The notes under the pieces were generated by a model that searched no databases, was not told the DNA's origin, and saw nothing but the letters and a program-made list of their open reading frames with translations. A DNA stretch of 64,000 nucleotides, from positions 26,104,001-26,168,000 of the forward strand of contig NC_058368.1 in NCBI RefSeq assembly GCF_018350175.1, in the 5' to 3' direction. Of this stretch, positions 62,717 through 64,000 are shown one piece after another. Numbering within the stretch: position 1 is the stretch's first letter; each line of letters begins with the position of its first letter. Made by a program: the position numbers and the translations under genes. The DNA is from Felis catus (taxonomy: Eukaryota).

Positions 62717-62940
62717 GGGGTGCCTGGGTGGTTCAGTTGATTAAGCATCTGACTTTGGCTCAGGTCATGATCTCACGGTTTGTGGGTTTGAGCCCCGCAT
62801 CCAGTTCTGTGCTGACAGCTCAGAGTCTGGAGCCTGCTTCAGATTCTGTGTCTCCCTCTCTCCCTCTGTCCCTCCCCTGCTTGCCCTCTGTCTCTCTCTG
62901 TCTCTCAAAAATAAATAAACATTAAAATACTTTTTTAATT
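62717..62940 (+). mobile_element. Can-SINE (SINEC)
   Basis: TSD aaagaaatca(t/c)ccagg near 62703 and 63002; tail continues as (GAAA)n. Confidence 0.96.
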
Positions 62941-62942
62941 GA

Positions 62943-63006
<64 letters not shown>

Positions 63007-63008
63007 AA
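62941..63008. repeat. (GAAA)17 perfect tetranucleotide microsatellite
   Basis: Read directly. Confidence 0.97.
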
Positions 63009-63097
63009 TCACCCAGGTAGCTCTGAAGCCAGGACTCTGACTACCCAGTTAGTAAGAAATGTTCCAAGGCCAAAGAGAAACAAGGAAATTAAAAAAA

Positions 63098-63313
63098 ATT
63101 TTTTTTCTTTAAATGTTTATTTATTTTTGAGAGAGACAGAGACAGAATGTGAGTGGGTTGGGGCAGAGAGAGAGGGAAGCATAGAATCCGAAGCAGGCTT
63201 CAGGCTCCAAGCTGTCAGCACAGAGCCCGATGTGGGGCTCGAACTCACAAGCCAGGAGATCATGACCTGAGCTGAAGTCGGACGCTCAACTAACTGAGCC
63301 ACCCAGGTGCCCC
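63098..63313 (-). mobile_element. Can-SINE (SINEC)
   Basis: Full reverse SINE body ending gccacccaggtgcccc. Confidence 0.96.
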
Positions 63314-63331
63314 AAGAAACTTTAAATTTTA

Positions 63332-63559
63332 TTATTATTTTTTTTAATTTTTTTTTCAACATTTATTTATTTTTGGGACAGAGAGAGACAGAGCATGAAC
63401 GGGGGAGGGGCAGAGAGAGAGGGAGACACAGAATCGGAAACAGGCTCCAGGCTCCGAGCCATCAGCCCAGAGCCCGATGTGGGGCTCGAACTCACAGACC
63501 GCGAGATCCTGACCTGGCTGAAGTCAGACGCTTAACCGACTGCGCCACCCAGGTGCCCC
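63332..63559 (-). mobile_element. Young felid SINEC_Fc-type SINE
   Basis: Diagnostic positions present; TSD gaaacttt(a/c)aatttta at 63316-63331 and 63560-63575. Confidence 0.97.
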
Positions 63560-63618
63560 GAAACTTTCAATTTTAGTAAATTTATTGTCAGAATTTATGT
63601 TGGTGTTGTAATTATGAA

Positions 63619-63622
<4 letters not shown>

Positions 63623-63667
<45 letters not shown>
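63623..63667. repeat. (TG)n microsatellite
   Basis: Read directly. Confidence 0.95.
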
Positions 63668-63668
<1 letters not shown>

Positions 63669-63814
63669 GATGAAGAGAGTAAATGAGTAATTACACTAAG
63701 AGTGGGAACTAGAGAGCTCACACTGTGAAATAAGCAAGACTGATAACATGAAATTGGGGGAAATGAAGGAAAACCTGTGGTTTGGGTTTGAATTTAAAAT
63801 ATCAGTATACATTC

Positions 63815-64000
63815 TTTTTTTTTTTTTTTTTAACGTCTATTTATTTTCAAGAAAGAGACAGAGTGTGAGCAGGGGAGGGGCACAGAAAGAGAGCGACACA
63901 GATTCTCAAACAGGCTCCAGGCTCCCAGCTGTCAGGACAGAGCCCAATACGGGGATCAAACTCACAAACCGTGAGATCATAACCTGAGCCAAAGTCAGAT
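63815..64000 (-). mobile_element. Can-SINE, cut by the window edge
   Basis: T tail, (GA)-rich body, ggctccaggctc...gagatcataacctgagcc. Confidence 0.93.

Larger units (their letters stand above)
62050..63812 (+). mobile_element. Old L1ME-type 3' region, interrupted by three SINEs and microsatellites
   Basis: ttggcaacatct...accctttgaccc...cttctaggaattta...ggaagcaacctaaatgtccat...ggttgaataaacta...atggaatactat. Confidence 0.8.

Noticed and set aside
3400..63987. Recurrent ORFs such as AQSVKRPTSAQVMISRFVSSSP and QRETEHERGRGRERGRHRIGNRLQA that look like a gene family
   Set aside because: They are translations of Can-SINE bodies in various frames
3404..64000. tRNA-like A/B-box sequences
   Set aside because: All belong to SINE heads with CT tracts, tails or TSDs; none is a stand-alone tRNA gene
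1..64000. CRISPR array, operon or other prokaryotic system; miRNA or snoRNA hairpins
   Set aside because: The sequence is mammalian with no repeat-spacer periodicity; I recognised no known miRNA or snoRNA, though an Rfam/miRBase search would be needed to exclude one

Overview
This is felid (cat-family) genomic DNA, intergenic or deep intronic. The assignment rests on about 30 tRNA-derived carnivore SINEs (Can-SINE/SINEC), four of which look like the young felid SINEC_Fc type. I recognise no protein-coding gene, structural RNA gene or CRISPR array. The supplied ORFs are mostly SINE/LINE read-throughs or chance frames. The window is a layered repeat landscape: old L1M pieces with ORF1 and ORF2 relics, carnivore L1 3' ends, L2, MIR, MaLR/ERVL solo LTRs (MLT1, MLT2D-like, LTR33-like), hAT DNA transposons (MER20, MER5, MER119-, Charlie4- and Zaphod/MER115-like) and microsatellites. 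Repeat family names come from my recall of consensus sequences, not from a RepeatMasker run. Five signals are not explained by the repeats. (1) Two short templated copies of nearby DNA sit inside solo LTRs: 43 bp from 1.8 kb away and 17 bp from 1 kb away. (2) There are + strand exon-like units with strong splice sites, one carrying a near-ideal Kozak ATG and a 56-aa small ORF. (3) A compact IRF/NF-kB/C/EBP/AP-1 motif cluster lies near 53.6-54.1 kb. (4) Three CpG-rich patches occur, two of them inside ancient repeats. (5) There are small 3' transductions and nested SINEs. I found no evidence for a wholly new biological system; these are testable leads only.
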